The notes: a model not told the origin generated them from the letters alone. Shown: positions 24,523-37,554, counted from the whole stretch's first letter. The stretch is 63,846 bases of DNA, filler included, from Reclinomonas americana ATCC 50394 (GCA_048213135.1; 6 parts of 4 records of this genome joined end to end with filler, not necessarily neighbours in it), one strand, 5' to 3'. Numbers and translations: made by a program.

Positions 24523-24610
24523 TCGCTGCTCGTTTGCCTTTAAGGGCGGGAATGCGTGACGTCACAGCGGCGGGAATTGCATTGTCCACTCACATCAACC
24601 CAACAACGCC
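24523..24610. promoter_or_regulatory. 88-bp bidirectional promoter with two E2F-like GGCGGGAA sites flanking a palindromic CRE/ATF site GTGACGTCAC
   Basis: Divergent ATGs at 24522 (-) and 24611 (+). GGCGGGAA at 24545-24552 and 24569-24576. GTGACGTCAC at 24556-24565. Confidence 0.65.
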
Positions 24611-25322
24611 ATGGCCAAATCACTGCGAAGCAAGGTGCGCGTGTGTGTGTGTGCGTGCGTGTGTACGCTGATGGGAGAGTCGGTGGGAGTAGAACGACGC
24701 CAGCGAGAGAAAGAGTGTCCTCTTTTCGGCCATGTGCACATTCACATCACCAGCACACTCACACTCCGCTCACACTCGCCACACAGGTGAAGCGCAAGTG
24801 GCGTGCGGTGGCGCGAGCGGGAGCGGAGAAGTTTGAAGACGCGCGCTTGCAAAGGATCGCCGCGACGCTGCAAAAGTCGTTGGAGACGCACCAGGCCACG
24901 TTGAAGGCCACACCCACAGACACGCCGATGGTCACCACTTGTTGCGTGCCACTCCCTCCTCTTACAGTCTCTCTCTCTTTGCGCGTATCTCATCTCATCT
25001 TGTTTTTGTAGTGGAGAAGCTCGACGCCGAGATGAGAACACTGGAAGAGAAGGCCGGCTCAGCATCATCTGCTCCCAGTGGCGATGTCGCCATGGCATCA
25101 TCATCATCAACAGCAGCAGCAGCAGTGGGAGGTGGGTCCAAGACACTGCGCCCTCGTGGCAAGAAGGTGGTTGTCAAGCGGCGTCACAATCCTCAATCGC
25201 GGTCGGCCGACTCGCCCGGACGTCGCAAGCACAGCGGCTTTGGCGGCAAGAATCTGCAGCGCAATCACGTGCGGAGAGTGTCGGCGAGTGTTCCGCGTCG
25301 TGTGCGAGGCAAGGGCATGTAA
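24611..25322 (+). CDS. LLPH: LLP homolog / DUF2423-like basic nucleolar protein
   Basis: Spliced N-terminus MAKSLRSKVKRKWRAVAR..EDARLQRI and a basic C-terminus. Two introns. Confidence 0.75.
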
Positions 25323-25385
25323 AAGAGCAGTGTAGTGTGAGACAATGAAACCGATCGTCCTTCGTTCTTGATCTCGTGTTTGTCG

Positions 25386-25462
25386 ATGCGATTGCACGCG
25401 GTGAGTCCGCAGAAGAACTCTGTCTCTGCGTTGCCCAAGTCATCGTTGTTCACACGCACGCA

Positions 25463-25500
<38 letters not shown>

Positions 25501-26031
25501 TTTTGATAGCAGAAAGAGTTGCGTGCTCTGATCGGCGATTGTGTTGCATGTGCGCTGACAGACAGACACCTCCGCACAGATGAGTTTGAACGCTCCTTCC
25601 CTGCGGCACTGGATGGCAAGGTAGCGCTCATAATCACACACACACACTCTCTCTCTATCTTTCATCTCACACGATGGCAGATTATCGCCTCGGACTATCA
25701 CATGGCGATTGGCAAGCTGAACGGGGCGCTGCGTCGCGGTCGCAGCTTCTGGTTCCTGGTCTTTTTTGTGCCCGTGTGCCTCGTGGTCATGTGGGCCGTC
25801 TACGCCCCGCTGCTGTTCATCACGGCCGCGCAGCACTCGCAGCAGGCGCCGCCGACGATTTCGTTGGTCGTGTTGGCACTGGTCACCGTCGGACTGGTGG
25901 TGTTGGCGGTGCGCGAGTTGTGGCGATTGTTGCAGCCGGTGGGTGCACCTGCTCTCCCTCTCTCTCTCTGTTTCGGTCTGACGCGTGAGCATGTGCAGTC
26001 GTGGAGACGACTGGTGCCGGTGCTGGAGATT
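25386..26031 (+). CDS. Small membrane protein, ERF4/Golgin-A7-like; 3' end in an N gap
   Basis: MRLHAVHFDSRKNEFERSFPAALDGKIIASDYHMAIGKLN followed by two TM segments. Four frame-consistent introns. Confidence 0.5.
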
Positions 26032-26428
26032 NNNNNNNNNNNNNNNNNNNNNNNNNNNNNNNNNNNNNNNNNNNNNNNNNNNNNNNNNNNNNNNNNNNNN
26101 NNNNNNNNNNNNNNNNNNNNNNNNNNNNNNNNNNNNNNNNNNNNNNNNNNNNNNNNNNNNNNNNNNNNNNNNNNNNNNNNNNNNNNNNNNNNNNNNNNNN
26201 NNNNNNNNNNNNNNNNNNNNNNNNNNNNNNNNNNNNNNNNNNNNNNNNNNNNNNNNNNNNNNNNNNNNNNNNNNNNNNNNNNNNNNNNNNNNNNNNNNNN
26301 NNNNNNNNNNNNNNNNNNNNNNNNNNNNNNNNNNNNNNNNNNNNNNNNNNNNNNNNNNNNNNNNNNNNNNNNNNNNNNNNNNNNNNNNNNNNNNNNNNNN
26401 NNNNNNNNNNNNNNNNNNNNNNNNNNNN

Positions 26429-27344
26429 CTTACTCACCCGACCTCGCGCAGTGCACTTTCAAACCACGAGTCGGCCGTCTGATTCGTCGCCCCGCCTCGC
26501 CCACCTCGGCACCACCACCACCATCAGCGAGCAGCGTCAATGGTGCCGCCAATGGACGGCCAGCTTCGGCGTCGCGGTCGCAGGGTCCATCGGCCCCGCC
26601 ACATGCGGCGCAGGTGCCGCCAGTGCGGGTCACCGTGAGCGCCTCGCACACTCGTGGCGCGCAACAGCAGCAGCCGCCTCAGTCGCAACCGCAACAGGCA
26701 CCGCAGAGCAGCCAGCAGAGATTCAAGGCTGATCGGCTGGCCGCCAGCGAGGAGGAGCAACTGATGCGCTCGTACGAAGACTACCAGCGCTCGGTCGCTG
26801 TGCCGGTGCCATCGCGCACCGACCCTGGCGGTCCGCACGGCGCGTCGGATGATGTTGCGTGTTTTTCCCGCCAATTCGTGTATCTGTCACCATCGTTGGT
26901 GCTGACAAGGCTCTTTGTTCTTTACGTGAGGATGACTACGACGTGGACGACGACGAGGTGGAGATTGATGTGAGCCGCGTGTCGGCGCCCGGCCGCGACT
27001 ACACCCCCGAGCGAGAGACCGTGAACGACGCGCAGCTGCGCGACATGGAACGGCAACGAATGCGCTCGCAGAACGACTCGTACGGCGTCTCCAACGACGA
27101 GCTCGCCGAGACGCAGGAGCTGCTGCGACAACTCATGAGCGAATCGTCGCGCCTGGAGGGCCGCGAACGCCAGGAGCAACAGCAGTCGAGGCAACCGGCG
27201 TCGGCAACCGCTTCGGCTCATCCTCGCCGCACATCGCCGATTCCACAGCCTCGCGTTGCGGCATCGGCACCCGCATCCGCCGCAGTACCACAACACGGCT
27301 TCTCCAACCTGCACATGTACTCGCAGGGTCGGGTGCACTCTTGA
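26429..27344 (+). CDS. 3' part of a low-complexity hypothetical protein with a CTFKP-type repeat motif
   Basis: SPDLAQCTFKPRV, then Pro/Gln/Ser-rich sequence. The intron at 26854-26930 restores the frame. Confidence 0.55.
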
Positions 27345-27808
27345 GTGTGTGTCTGTGTGTGTGTCGTGTGTCCATTTTGTGTGTGTAGCTTTTCTGCATA
27401 TTTTTCCCCCCTTGTTAAGCCGTGGCGGCGGTCACCGGGATTGTGTGACTGCTGCCATTGTGCACGTGTGTGTGATTTCGAAAAGAACTCTTCTGTCTCC
27501 TGAGAAGGAGACGGAGAGGATAAGTGCTGTTGTATGTAGCGTACCGACTAGTGTGTGTGTGTGTGTGAGTGTCTGTCGTATAGTGAAACAAAAAGAAGAG
27601 TCCAACAATTGCCTTCATGTTAATGACTCGATGTGCACCTCAAACATGTTGTTGGAGATGGTGAGGTTCCACCAGATGTGATTGGCGCTGAAGCGACGAT
27701 TGAGNNNNNNNNNNNNNNNNNNNNNNNNNNNNNNNNNNNNNNNNNNNNTTAATTAATTAANNNNNNNNNNNNNNNNNNNNNNNNNNNNNNNNNNNNNNNN
27801 NNNNACAG

Positions 27809-27994
27809 GTGGTCGGATTCCAGCCGTACGACGAGGCGGTGACCGTGAAGCTACCACTGTGGGTGGAGGGGGGTCAGCGGAGAAGGGGAGCGACGCCGAC
27901 AAGCACGATCAAGGAACCTGGGAATAGAGGCATCGACAGTGCACGAAAAATGCGCCGTGCCCTCGAAAATGCCCACAGATGGAATGCCTTCTGA
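27809..27994 (+). CDS. Probable last exon of a gene truncated at the scaffold start
   Basis: An acag| acceptor directly after the gap is followed by the open frame VVGFQPYDEAVTVKLPLW..AHRWNAF*. Confidence 0.35.
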   Translation: MVGFQPYDEAVTVKLPLWVEGGQRRRGATPTSTIKEPGNRGIDSARKMRRALENAHRWNAF

Positions 27995-30146
27995 GTCGTA
28001 GTTGAACCACTCGGTGACCGTCAGCAGATTGTTCGCGCCAAACTCGGGCACATCCACAGTAAAGTTGCGATGGACGGAGGGCCGAAGGGCGGCCGTGGCG
28101 TGCGCAGCGAGAGCTGTGGCGACAAGGGATGCACGTGAGCAAGTGGAGTTCATGCGCGGGGCGCACCGACGCCAACAAACAAACCTCGAACACCCTCGCG
28201 CCCAGTCGGCACGTGCACAAAGAATACCTCGCGGAAGCCGAGCGCCGGCACCCACGAGCGATCCGACCGCACAACCGTGGCACCGGCGGCCGAATGCGCA
28301 AAGCCAGCAATGGCCTTGGCGCTCTGCATGTTGTCCTCGCGCACCGGCAGCACGAGATTGATGACGGCGCGCTCCGGGAAAAAGGTGGCATCCTCGGTGC
28401 AGCGCTCCACCAGGCGCGCGGCGGCCTCCGTGGCCAGTTTGTGGCCCCAGAATTTCATGTCGCACAGCGCCGTCAACCGCACCTCGTCCGTCACCGCCGC
28501 CTGCGGAGTGTGCACCGCCAGCGGATTCTCGGAGGGATGCGCAAAGTGGCGAATGCGGAGGCACACAAAGCCGGCAATCAGCGGGAACTTGGCCTGATTG
28601 CGGCCTCCGTACAGCAGGAAGCGTGATTGCGAATCTGCGAAAGGGAGGAGACGAGTGAGCGACAGGGGAGAAGCACAGAGATCTGTCTGCGAGTGGACAG
28701 ACGAACCACACAGCCAGCGATGCATGCGACGAAGAATGAGGCTGAAAGGGAAAGCACCACCGTCCTCGTAGGTCATGAGATTGCGCGGATCACGGAACAG
28801 CTTGCAGAGAGCGCACAGCGAGAACAAGGTCGGCTGCAGCTCGTAGTACACCAGACGGTCGCTCTCGCACACCACCGGCTGCGACACCTCCGCCGTCAAC
28901 TGCGACAAGATCATCTCCGCCTGGTGCACCAACTCCAGTTGCTGCTGGTGCTCGTCTTCCTTGATGTAGCTGCGGTCGACAGTCAGATGGGGGGAGGAGA
29001 GGGAAAGGATGAAGGCGAACAGGGAGGGAGCGCAAGATTGTATGAAGGACTCTCACTGTGTCTCTGGGTTTGCGATCAACAAGAATGACACACAGAGCTC
29101 GGGAGACAGGGAGGCCGTACGAGCGAGGGTCCTCACTCATGTCTCCGATGTGTGTGTGCGGTCAACAAGAATGACAATCATGCGAGAACACTCGCGACAC
29201 AGGGAGGAGTCTTCGGAGGTGCGATCAACAAGAACGACACACAGCAGAGAGGAAAGAACCACTGGCAGTGAGCCATCACTCTGTCTCTAATGTGCACGGG
29301 AACACCAAGAACGACACACAGCAGAGCACTCGAGAGAGAAAAGACGAGGACCATCACTCTGTCTCTGATGTGCGTAAGAGAGCACAAGATCTCGAGGGCA
29401 CCCCTTCTCCCTCCCGCTCCCATCCGCTATCCACCTCCTTGATGGCCGCCCTCCATCCTCTCTCTCCTCATGTCGCAGTCTCACACTCACCTCGCGCGGT
29501 ACAAGAGATTCCAGAAATCAACCTCCTCCTGCATCGCATGCCGCACCGCCTCCACCACCGCCGCCGGCGGAATATGCGACGCCGGATACAACGCCGCCGT
29601 CCAGTCATCCTCCAAGTTAGTCACAGGCAACACACCTGGCCAAAAAAAGATGCGGATTGATTGGATGCTGATACGCTGTGATGACGAAAGTGAGGCAAAC
29701 CTTGAAGATTGTGCTCTCCGGAGCCTCCCCAGCCCAGCAGGTACCGCTGAATGCACTCTATACACATGCGCATGTGAGCTCTCTATCTCTCTCAATGCGC
29801 GAGTCGCACACTGTTTCCACATGCCTTGTTGGGAGGGCGTGACTGTACTCGGTGTTGCTGTCGTGGGATCCATGTCGGCATCCTCGAATCCGCTCATATC
29901 CATCAGAGAGTCATGTGTGCGATGAAGAAAGGGTAGCAATGTGCTGGCACTTCCGCTGCTGTCAGCGGAGGCACTTGCTGAATTCATCGTCGCCTCCTCG
30001 GCAAATGTTTGCGGCAGTGACCCCTGGACAGTTGAACGAGCGAGCACGGACACGGGACTGTCCATCGGCCTAAAAACGTTACTTGCAGCGTTGGACGAGA
30101 AAAGACGGGTGTGTATATCGAAATCGCGTGGGGCTGTGCAGCACAC
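27851..30146 (-). CDS. Protein with a RimJ/RimL-type GNAT acetyltransferase-like domain; 5' end uncertain
   Basis: Motifs DPRNLMTYEDG, FWGHKLATEAAARLV, VREDNMQSAK and LGFRE. A 521-nt intron at 28970-29490 joins the exons in frame. Confidence 0.6.
29050..29375. repeat. Degenerate tandem repeat (about 4-5 units of 60-90 bp) inside an unusually long intron
   Basis: Recurring blocks caac(a/c)aagaa(t/c)gacacacagcagag and ccatcactctgtctct.atgtgc. Confidence 0.7.
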
Positions 30147-30531
30147 GCGTTACGTGTGTGTGCGCGTGGAGGGGGGAGGATGGGCAGAGTTCGCGCGCAT
30201 AAGGCACTTTGTGTGCGCACTGTGTCTCGTAGATCGTTTTGGTACTCTTGCGTCTGCTTTCTCGCGTGCCTGTTGTAATTCAAGTCTTGTGCGGGCCAGT
30301 GGTGGTGGTGGCGATGTTCTCTATGCTGCGTGCGCATCCGCCTTGCGTGTCTGAGTTGTCTGCGTGTTTCTGTGTGCACATTGTTATGGCGAGTTGCAGC
30401 TCATTTTCGCTTGGCCGAGGCACACTTGCACACTCGCACCACGTGCAATTCCCACTGTCGTGTCTCTCCCCACCTCCTCGTCTTCTTCTCACTTGTCGCA
30501 TTGTTGATCGCAGGAACAACGTGAACGACAC

Positions 30532-33500
30532 ATGTCACGGCAACTACCACAACAGGTGGCCGGTGGCGTGCGTCCTCGAGGCGTGTTTGCGTCGTATGGC
30601 AGCTCGGGAGTAATGTCGTCATCGTCTTCATCATCGCCGTCTTCAGCGGCTGCTGCTGCTGCTGCTGCGTCATCCACACTGGTCGGTCATCAGCAGCCAC
30701 CAACTCAGCCTGTGCCGCCGCCAGCGCTGGCCCGCAACCCAACTCCACCCTCGAACAAGGTTCGCGTCCTCATGCCTGCCCAGGCTCCGTTTAGCTCGGT
30801 CGGCTCCAGCAGTGTGACAGGCGACGCCCCTGTTCCGCCGCCGGTACTTGGCGTGCCACCTTCGGCGTCGGCTGAGCGATGGACGTCGCCGCTGGCGCGC
30901 GCACGTGAGGCAGAGAGCGTACCCACCTTCAAGTTCAAGGCCTCTATCGAGCCCGCTGTGCTTCGCACCAACGGCGGCAGCATTCAGCCGGTCTCCATTG
31001 CCCAGCAACCGCGTCGACAGTCGTTCGGAGCCGACGGCAGCGGGAGCGGCATGAATCCGCAGACCGACGCCGGCAGCAACGGGGTTGGAGTGACGTTTGA
31101 CCTCGATGATCCCAACAGCGCCAGTGCTCGGCGGGCCAACTCGGCCTCGCGTGCTCGTGCAGTGACTGGCGGTGTGCCGAGCAAGCGATCCACCGTGCTG
31201 ACACAGCGTTCACCCGCACGGAGTCGCACTGGCCGCGTGACGCCACCCACTGCGGTGACGACCATCACCACACACGCGGGTATCTTGGCGAATGGTGGCT
31301 CTGGTGCAGCGACGGCAGCCGCTGGCGCACATGGGTCCGACAACCCAGCAGGTGTGCCGGCGCGTTCGTCGTCTGCCGGCCGCTCAGTGTCGCCCACTCG
31401 CCCGTTGGTCACTGTGGCCACAAACTGGGGCTCCCGTGCGCCACCTCCAGAGCCGACGCATGTGGCTGGCTCCGTGCCGGCTACGTCGCCGCTGACACTG
31501 GCGTGGGTCATGGCCCAGCGACACACCACCAACGACACCGACAACGACAATGCATCGTCAACCCGGAGTGAGTCTCCGGGCGAGTTTCCGCTGGAGGCGG
31601 AGGTTCCGGATCGCATGACGCCACAAAACGGTCGGCAGTCGCGTGGAACACCAACGCAGAGTAGCACACCGACTCGCACCACAACACCAACGCGCAACTC
31701 GACACCCACTCGCAACTCCACTCCCACACGCGGTACGCCCACCAATGAGCACGGTGGACGCCGTAACAGTGGCGGCAGTGTCACCACCCATGGCAGCAAC
31801 TCGGCCTTTGCACCGACCGGCGGCAGCAGCAGCAACAGCAGCAGTTCTGCATCCAAGTCCGGCACACCGACTTCCCGACCCGTGGTCAAGTCCCAGAAGG
31901 TCAATGTGGTGTCGGCCAACCCCGAGGAGCCGCACCAGCACCAGCACCAGCAACACGGGAGCAGCAGTGGCGGTATGTGTAATATGCGACTACAGTTGTT
32001 TCTTCCTGCCCTTACCTCATTCGTTCATTGCTCTTCTCTACCTTGCAGGTGGAAGCGGTTCGACATCACCACGTTCGGCCGTGCTGTCGGCGGAGCCACA
32101 ATGCGTGCAGCGCACATCACTGCACACTCTGATGCACGAGCAGCACGTGTGGGCGGCCACGTTCTCGCCCGATGGTCAGCACCTGCTGACCACGGCCATG
32201 AATCGCGTCATTCGCCTGTTCGACATCACCAATGGCAAGGCGCTGCTGGAGCTGAGCGGTCACAGTGCCGATGTCACCTGCTGCGCTTATCACCCGAAGC
32301 AACCGCGTTTCGTGACTGGCTCCGGCGACAACTCGATCATGGTGTGGGATGCGCAGACCAACACGTCGCTCGCCACCATGTTTGATCACAAGGACGGCGT
32401 GCGGTGCATTGTGTTTGAGCCCACCAACGGCTCAGTCTTTGTCACCACCTCGTGGGATGCGACGGCGCGCGTGTACGACTCGGCCACACTCCGCTGCATC
32501 GCCGTGCTCGCCGACCACGAAGACGCGGTGTTTTCGTTTGCTTTCTCTCCCGATGGCACTCAGGCGGTGCGTCTCTGTCTGTATTCGCCACAGCTCTGGG
32601 CATCGTGCTCACATTTATGCTTCATTCCTCAGGTTTCCTCCTCCAAGGATCGCACCATTCGGGTGTGGAACATGAGCACGCACCGGTGCGAAAAGGTGCT
32701 GCGCGACTCCAACCAGGTGTGGAGTGTGGCGTACTCGCCAAACGGCAAGCAGATCGTGTCGGCGTCGCGTACCATCAAGGTGTGGGACGCAGCCTCGTAC
32801 AAGCTGTTGGCCACCCTCGGCGGCCACACCGACGACGTGTCGAGTGTGGTGTTCCATCCGTCTGGCGCGCACTTTGCCACGGCATCATGGTAATGCGTGC
32901 CTGTGTATGTCGGCACACATGGTTGCCTCACGGCGCTCACTTTTTTGTGAATTTACCAGGGACTGCACTGTGCGTCTGTGGGATAGCGTCACGTTCCGTT
33001 GTTTGGCCGCGCTGCGATCACACACCGGTCCCATTTGGTGCGTCTCTGTCTGCACAGCAGTAGTGGCGAGTCTCTATGTTCTCATCATCAGCATCATCAT
33101 TATCGACGCAGGAATGTGACATACAATGGCGCCGGTACTCACCTGGCTTCGGCCTCGGCCGACGGCACGGTGCGACTGTGGGAGCCGCCGTGCACCGTGT
33201 TTTCGCACAGTCTCGAACTGCATGTCGACGTGGCCACGAAGAACACGCTGTCGATGCGTCTGAAGCAGATGCCGTCGGTGCCGTGCAAGTGCGAATTGCA
33301 GCAAGTTGCGCCGCCGCAACCCCTGTGCTCGTACACATACGCATACTTCAGTTGTCTCACTCCGCCTCCTGCACAGCTGGATCCCTTCACGCAGCGATAC
33401 ACCTCGTGTGGTCCGATTGTCGCCAGCGAGAGCACACGAGTGCACGGCCTGCAGCCGCACAGCGAGTACACGTTCCGCGTGGTGGCCACCCACGCCTCCC

Positions 33501-36500
33501 TGTCGACTCTCGAGCTTGCCAGTTCGACACCGATGGTGTTGCGAACATCCGGACAGTGTGACCTGGCAGAGGTGAGCTCCGTTCTCGTCGTATTGTCACA
33601 TTCACCACCCACTTTTTCCTCACGGTTGCCGGCAATCTCAGAAACGCATTCGGGAGCAGCTGGAGAGCTCACTGGGAGTGTGTGTGCTGGAGGCACCACA
33701 CAGCGCGGACAAGGACTCGGCCGATGGTGGACAGTCGCTGATTGAGGCGTTGTTGAACTGGTTGTCGGCACTCCCCGTGTCCACGACGAGCAGCATGCCG
33801 CGAGCGTTGGTCGGTGACTTGCACCACACCCTCCAGCAGTTGCTGCCGTACTGCAGGCCACTGAGCAGCGAGCTGACGGTCTTCAACGAGCACCTGCGCC
33901 GCGACGTGTCGCGCTTGATGCTGGTGCAACAGCAGGTGAGCAAGCGTGCTATCACCTGTGAAATACGCTGCCTGCCTATTCGACACCTTTCTCACTGTCC
34001 TTTTTTGATTGTAGATTGCTGGTTCGATTGAGCAGCGGCGCAAGTTGAACGAGAGCCTCAGAACCATCCGGGAGCAGATGCAAGTGGCACAGCAGGCCAA
34101 GGATCTCAGCCGACGACAGGAGTTGCTGCAGGACCTGCTCACCACGCTCGAGCAGCACGTTCGTGTGTGCGAGGAACTGGTGCGTGTGACTCGCCAGTCG
34201 ACGGTGCCAGACATTGAGGAGGCACAGCGGGCCACCAAGGGCAGCCTCCTGCAACGACATCGCGAGCAGGAGGATTTGATACGCAAGTACCCCGAGTACC
34301 TCGATCAATGCCTCAAGTTCCTCGGCGACAAGCGACAGAACACGGAGAGTGAGATTGAGCAGCTGGAGCGCACGCTGGCGGAAAAGCGCGAGAAGCTGTC
34401 GGCCATCACTTCCATGGAGGACGAGTACAAGAACAAGAAGCAGCAGCGTAATGTGGTGCTGGAGCCGTGGACCAAGTGGATGTCGAGTTGCGTCTCTTTC
34501 GTCAAAGCCCACACGCGCATGCGTGTTGATTCTAACGACAGCAAGCACAGGCATGACGGTCCTCGAAATGGCGGTCGACAATGCATACAAGTTGCTGGCT
34601 CGCAACTCGTCAGAGGCCGCGTACCAAGTGAGCACTGCTGGCAAGGAGGCGGCCGACGAGCTGCCGCGTTCCATGGAGGAACTCATCAGAGTAATTGATG
34701 TGCGTCGAACGATTCACGTGCATCACTCCACACACAGTGCACTCGGCTGACCACCCTCTGTTCTCCACAGACTGATATCGAGACCAGCGAGGCTCGCATG
34801 CGAGCATTCAAGCGCTTCATTGAGCACGCTGCCGAGGAGTTGCACGATTTGGAGCGTGGTTGCATGGCGGACGAGCTGCGTCAGGCGCAAGAGCGTATGC
34901 GCGACTCACACCGCCAGGTCAGCGCACTGGAGGCACACGTGACGCAGCAGCGAAGACGGCGTGCCGAGCTGGCTGCCCGTCTGCAGCAACTCAACTACAT
35001 GTCATCGTCGGCTGCACAACCGAAGCCTCACCACGCCGCTGAGCAGCCCGCGCAACCGCAACCACCCCAGTCGCAACAGCAGCCTGCGGCGCAGTCGTCT
35101 GCCCAGGCTGCCTCGCGCGCCCCGGTGCCGCCACCGTCTGTCTCACAGCCGGCGCGTGGAGCAGCTGCGCAGACTAGTGCCGTCAGCGGTAACGCTGCCG
35201 CTTCTGCTCCCGCACCTGGTCCGGCACGCAACCAAGACGCGCCTGTCGAACGCAAGTGGAACTCGCAGCCACAACCGCCACCAGCGCCACCAGCCGCACC
35301 GCAGCAACACGTGCAAGTGTCGCAGCCGGCGCCTGCGCCGCCGCTGCCTCCACCACCAGCACTGCCGAGTGCGCCGCCCCAAGCATCCTCCATGGCTGCG
35401 GTGCAGTCGTATGCCCAAGCACCGGCCGCCCCGCATCGCGATCACGAGGCGATGGAGAACTCGGAATCCGACAGCGATGCCCTGTCGAGCGTTAGCTGCC
35501 CGGCTCCGCGGTACGATGCGCCACCCAGACCGTCGGATGTTCCGCCTCTGCCTCTTGAGGCGCTCCAAGGTTTTTGCCCCTTGCCTCCCTTATTCGTCGA
35601 CTCGCGCAAGTACTCACTCTCACTCACTGTCATTGCAGCGGCCAAGAAGCGCCAGATCGCCTTCCAGGACCCGAATGCGCAACCGCAACAAAAGGCCAAG
35701 TTGCAGACGACGGCATCGGTTGCCGCTGCTGCTGCCGCCGCCGCTGCTGCCTCGTCTGCCAACTCCGGCACCACGACCACCTCGGCCAATGCAGGCGAAA
35801 AGAAGCAGCCACAGTCGGTGCTGGTGAATGGTTCGACTTCTTTGCAGTCGGCGCTCGTCAACGCCTCCTCGGCAGCTGCTCGGTCGTCGTCGCCCGCAGC
35901 TGCTGCGGCGGGTGGCGCCACATCGCCCTCACCAACATCAGCCATGATGAAGTCGGGTGCCGCTGCACCTCTTGCTGGCATTCCTGCCCCCAAGGCTGTG
36001 CGACAGGCCAGCGCCGTGGGCTCTGCGCAGGATGACGCGAAGCGAGATGTTATGCTGTCGCGCTTCTCGGACTTGCGCGAGATCAAGAGCGGCACGTTGC
36101 GTACGGGAGAGTGGGAGAGTGGCGGAGAAAGCAGCCAACTTATCGTCCTCTCGCTGCAGTGACTACAAGTTGCTGTACGCCAACGACAAGGTCCTCAATC
36201 GCGAAGTGATGCTGAAGCTGCGCGAGAGTGCCGATGCACGCGACAAGGAGGCTCATGCGTTGCGAGAGGTGCGGTATTGTTGGTTTCTTTGTTACAAGGC
36301 CTGGTCACTTGGACTCACTGACGTGGGAAAACTGCAGCTGAGCTCCCCGTACGTGGTCAAGTTGCTGGACGTGATCAAGACGCAAAAGATGGGCAACTTC
36401 CGCTTCGGCCTCGTGTTGGAACGCTCGCAGGGTTCACTCGATGGTTAGGCATTTGTCTGTGCCTGGCGCAGAAACCAAGAGGCTAATTGCTCGTCGTGCA

Positions 36501-37306
36501 CAGATGTGACTCCCGACTCACAACAGTGCTACCACTACGCACGTGGTGTGCTCGACTGCCTGCGGTTTGTGCAGGAGCGTGGCTACACACTCTCCAACGT
36601 TCGCCGCTCCATGGTTCGCTCCCTCATGTGTTGTTGTTCTTGGTGCAATGGTGACAGTGGTGCTGAACCCGTTATTTCTCGTGTCCACAGTTTGGCAAGT
36701 ACACAGACGACGAGGAGAACACGTGGGTGCGCATTGCCGATGTTGGTGGACTGCAGCGACTGGGCACCGGTGTGCGCGAGTGCCTGGTGTGGCTGGCGGC
36801 ACCTGAACTGGTGCGCGCCGCCTCGGCCGGCAAGCCCGTGCAGAGCAACATCCCTATGGAGGTGTGGTCGTGGGGCCTGCTGGCCTTTGAGCTGTTTGCT
36901 GGCGAAACGCTGTATGCGCGCCAGATGAAGCTGGCGTCGTCACGCGAGATCTGCCAGTTTGTGCTAAAGATGGAGACCGATCCGCCGTTTGACAACTGTG
37001 GACTGCCGGCGGAGGTGAGTGCACAACAAACAGCGTGTCGCTCTCTCCCTCCCTCAGTCGCTCCGACCCTTAACGCGCCTCTCTCTCTTTCTCTTTCTCT
37101 GCTTGCAGGTGATCCGCATGCTTGGTCGTGCACTCCGTCTCGACCCTTCGCAGCGCGCGTCGCTGTGGGAGCTGGCCGAGGACGCAGTATGGAAGCCGAT
37201 TAAGAAGCGTCACGATGCTCTGTACCAAAGGTACACCATGTCACACGCATCACCGGGCACCGGCAGCAACGAGATCGATGACGGCGAACCCATGGCCTCG
37301 GAGTAG
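30532..37306 (+). CDS. Large multidomain protein: low-complexity N-terminus, WD40 propeller, FN3-like, coiled coil, low-complexity linker, C-terminal pseudokinase; about 15 introns
   Basis: WD40 repeats GHSADVTCCAYHP..SGDNSIMVWD and GHTDDVSSVVFHP. FN3-like VHGLQPHSEYTFRVVA. Kinase-like motifs VMLK, SPYVVKLLD, LVLE, IADVG, AAPE, MEVWSWG and RLDPSQR. TAG at 37306. Confidence 0.8.
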
Positions 37307-37554
37307 ATCTAGAGAGCGCTCGCCTGGCGTCGCGTCGTAACTTTTTCTAGTGTGTTTTTTTGTGTGTTGTTTGTTTTGCTTTTTGAGAGGAAGGAAGAAC
37401 GAGAGAATGAGAACGGGCGGTTGCTCCACCCCCGTCTTTACTCGTTTCTATATGTGTGTGTTGATTCGTGAACGTTGTAAAACCCCCGTCGTCGTCGTCG
37501 TCGTCAGCAGTGTCCGCCTTGCAATTTGTCAGTCGTCATATCAATCAAGCAAAC

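Noticed and set aside
29050-29375. CRISPR-like repeat-spacer array
   Set aside because: The repeats are degenerate and irregularly spaced, lie in a spliceosomal intron of a eukaryotic gene, and no cas genes are present.
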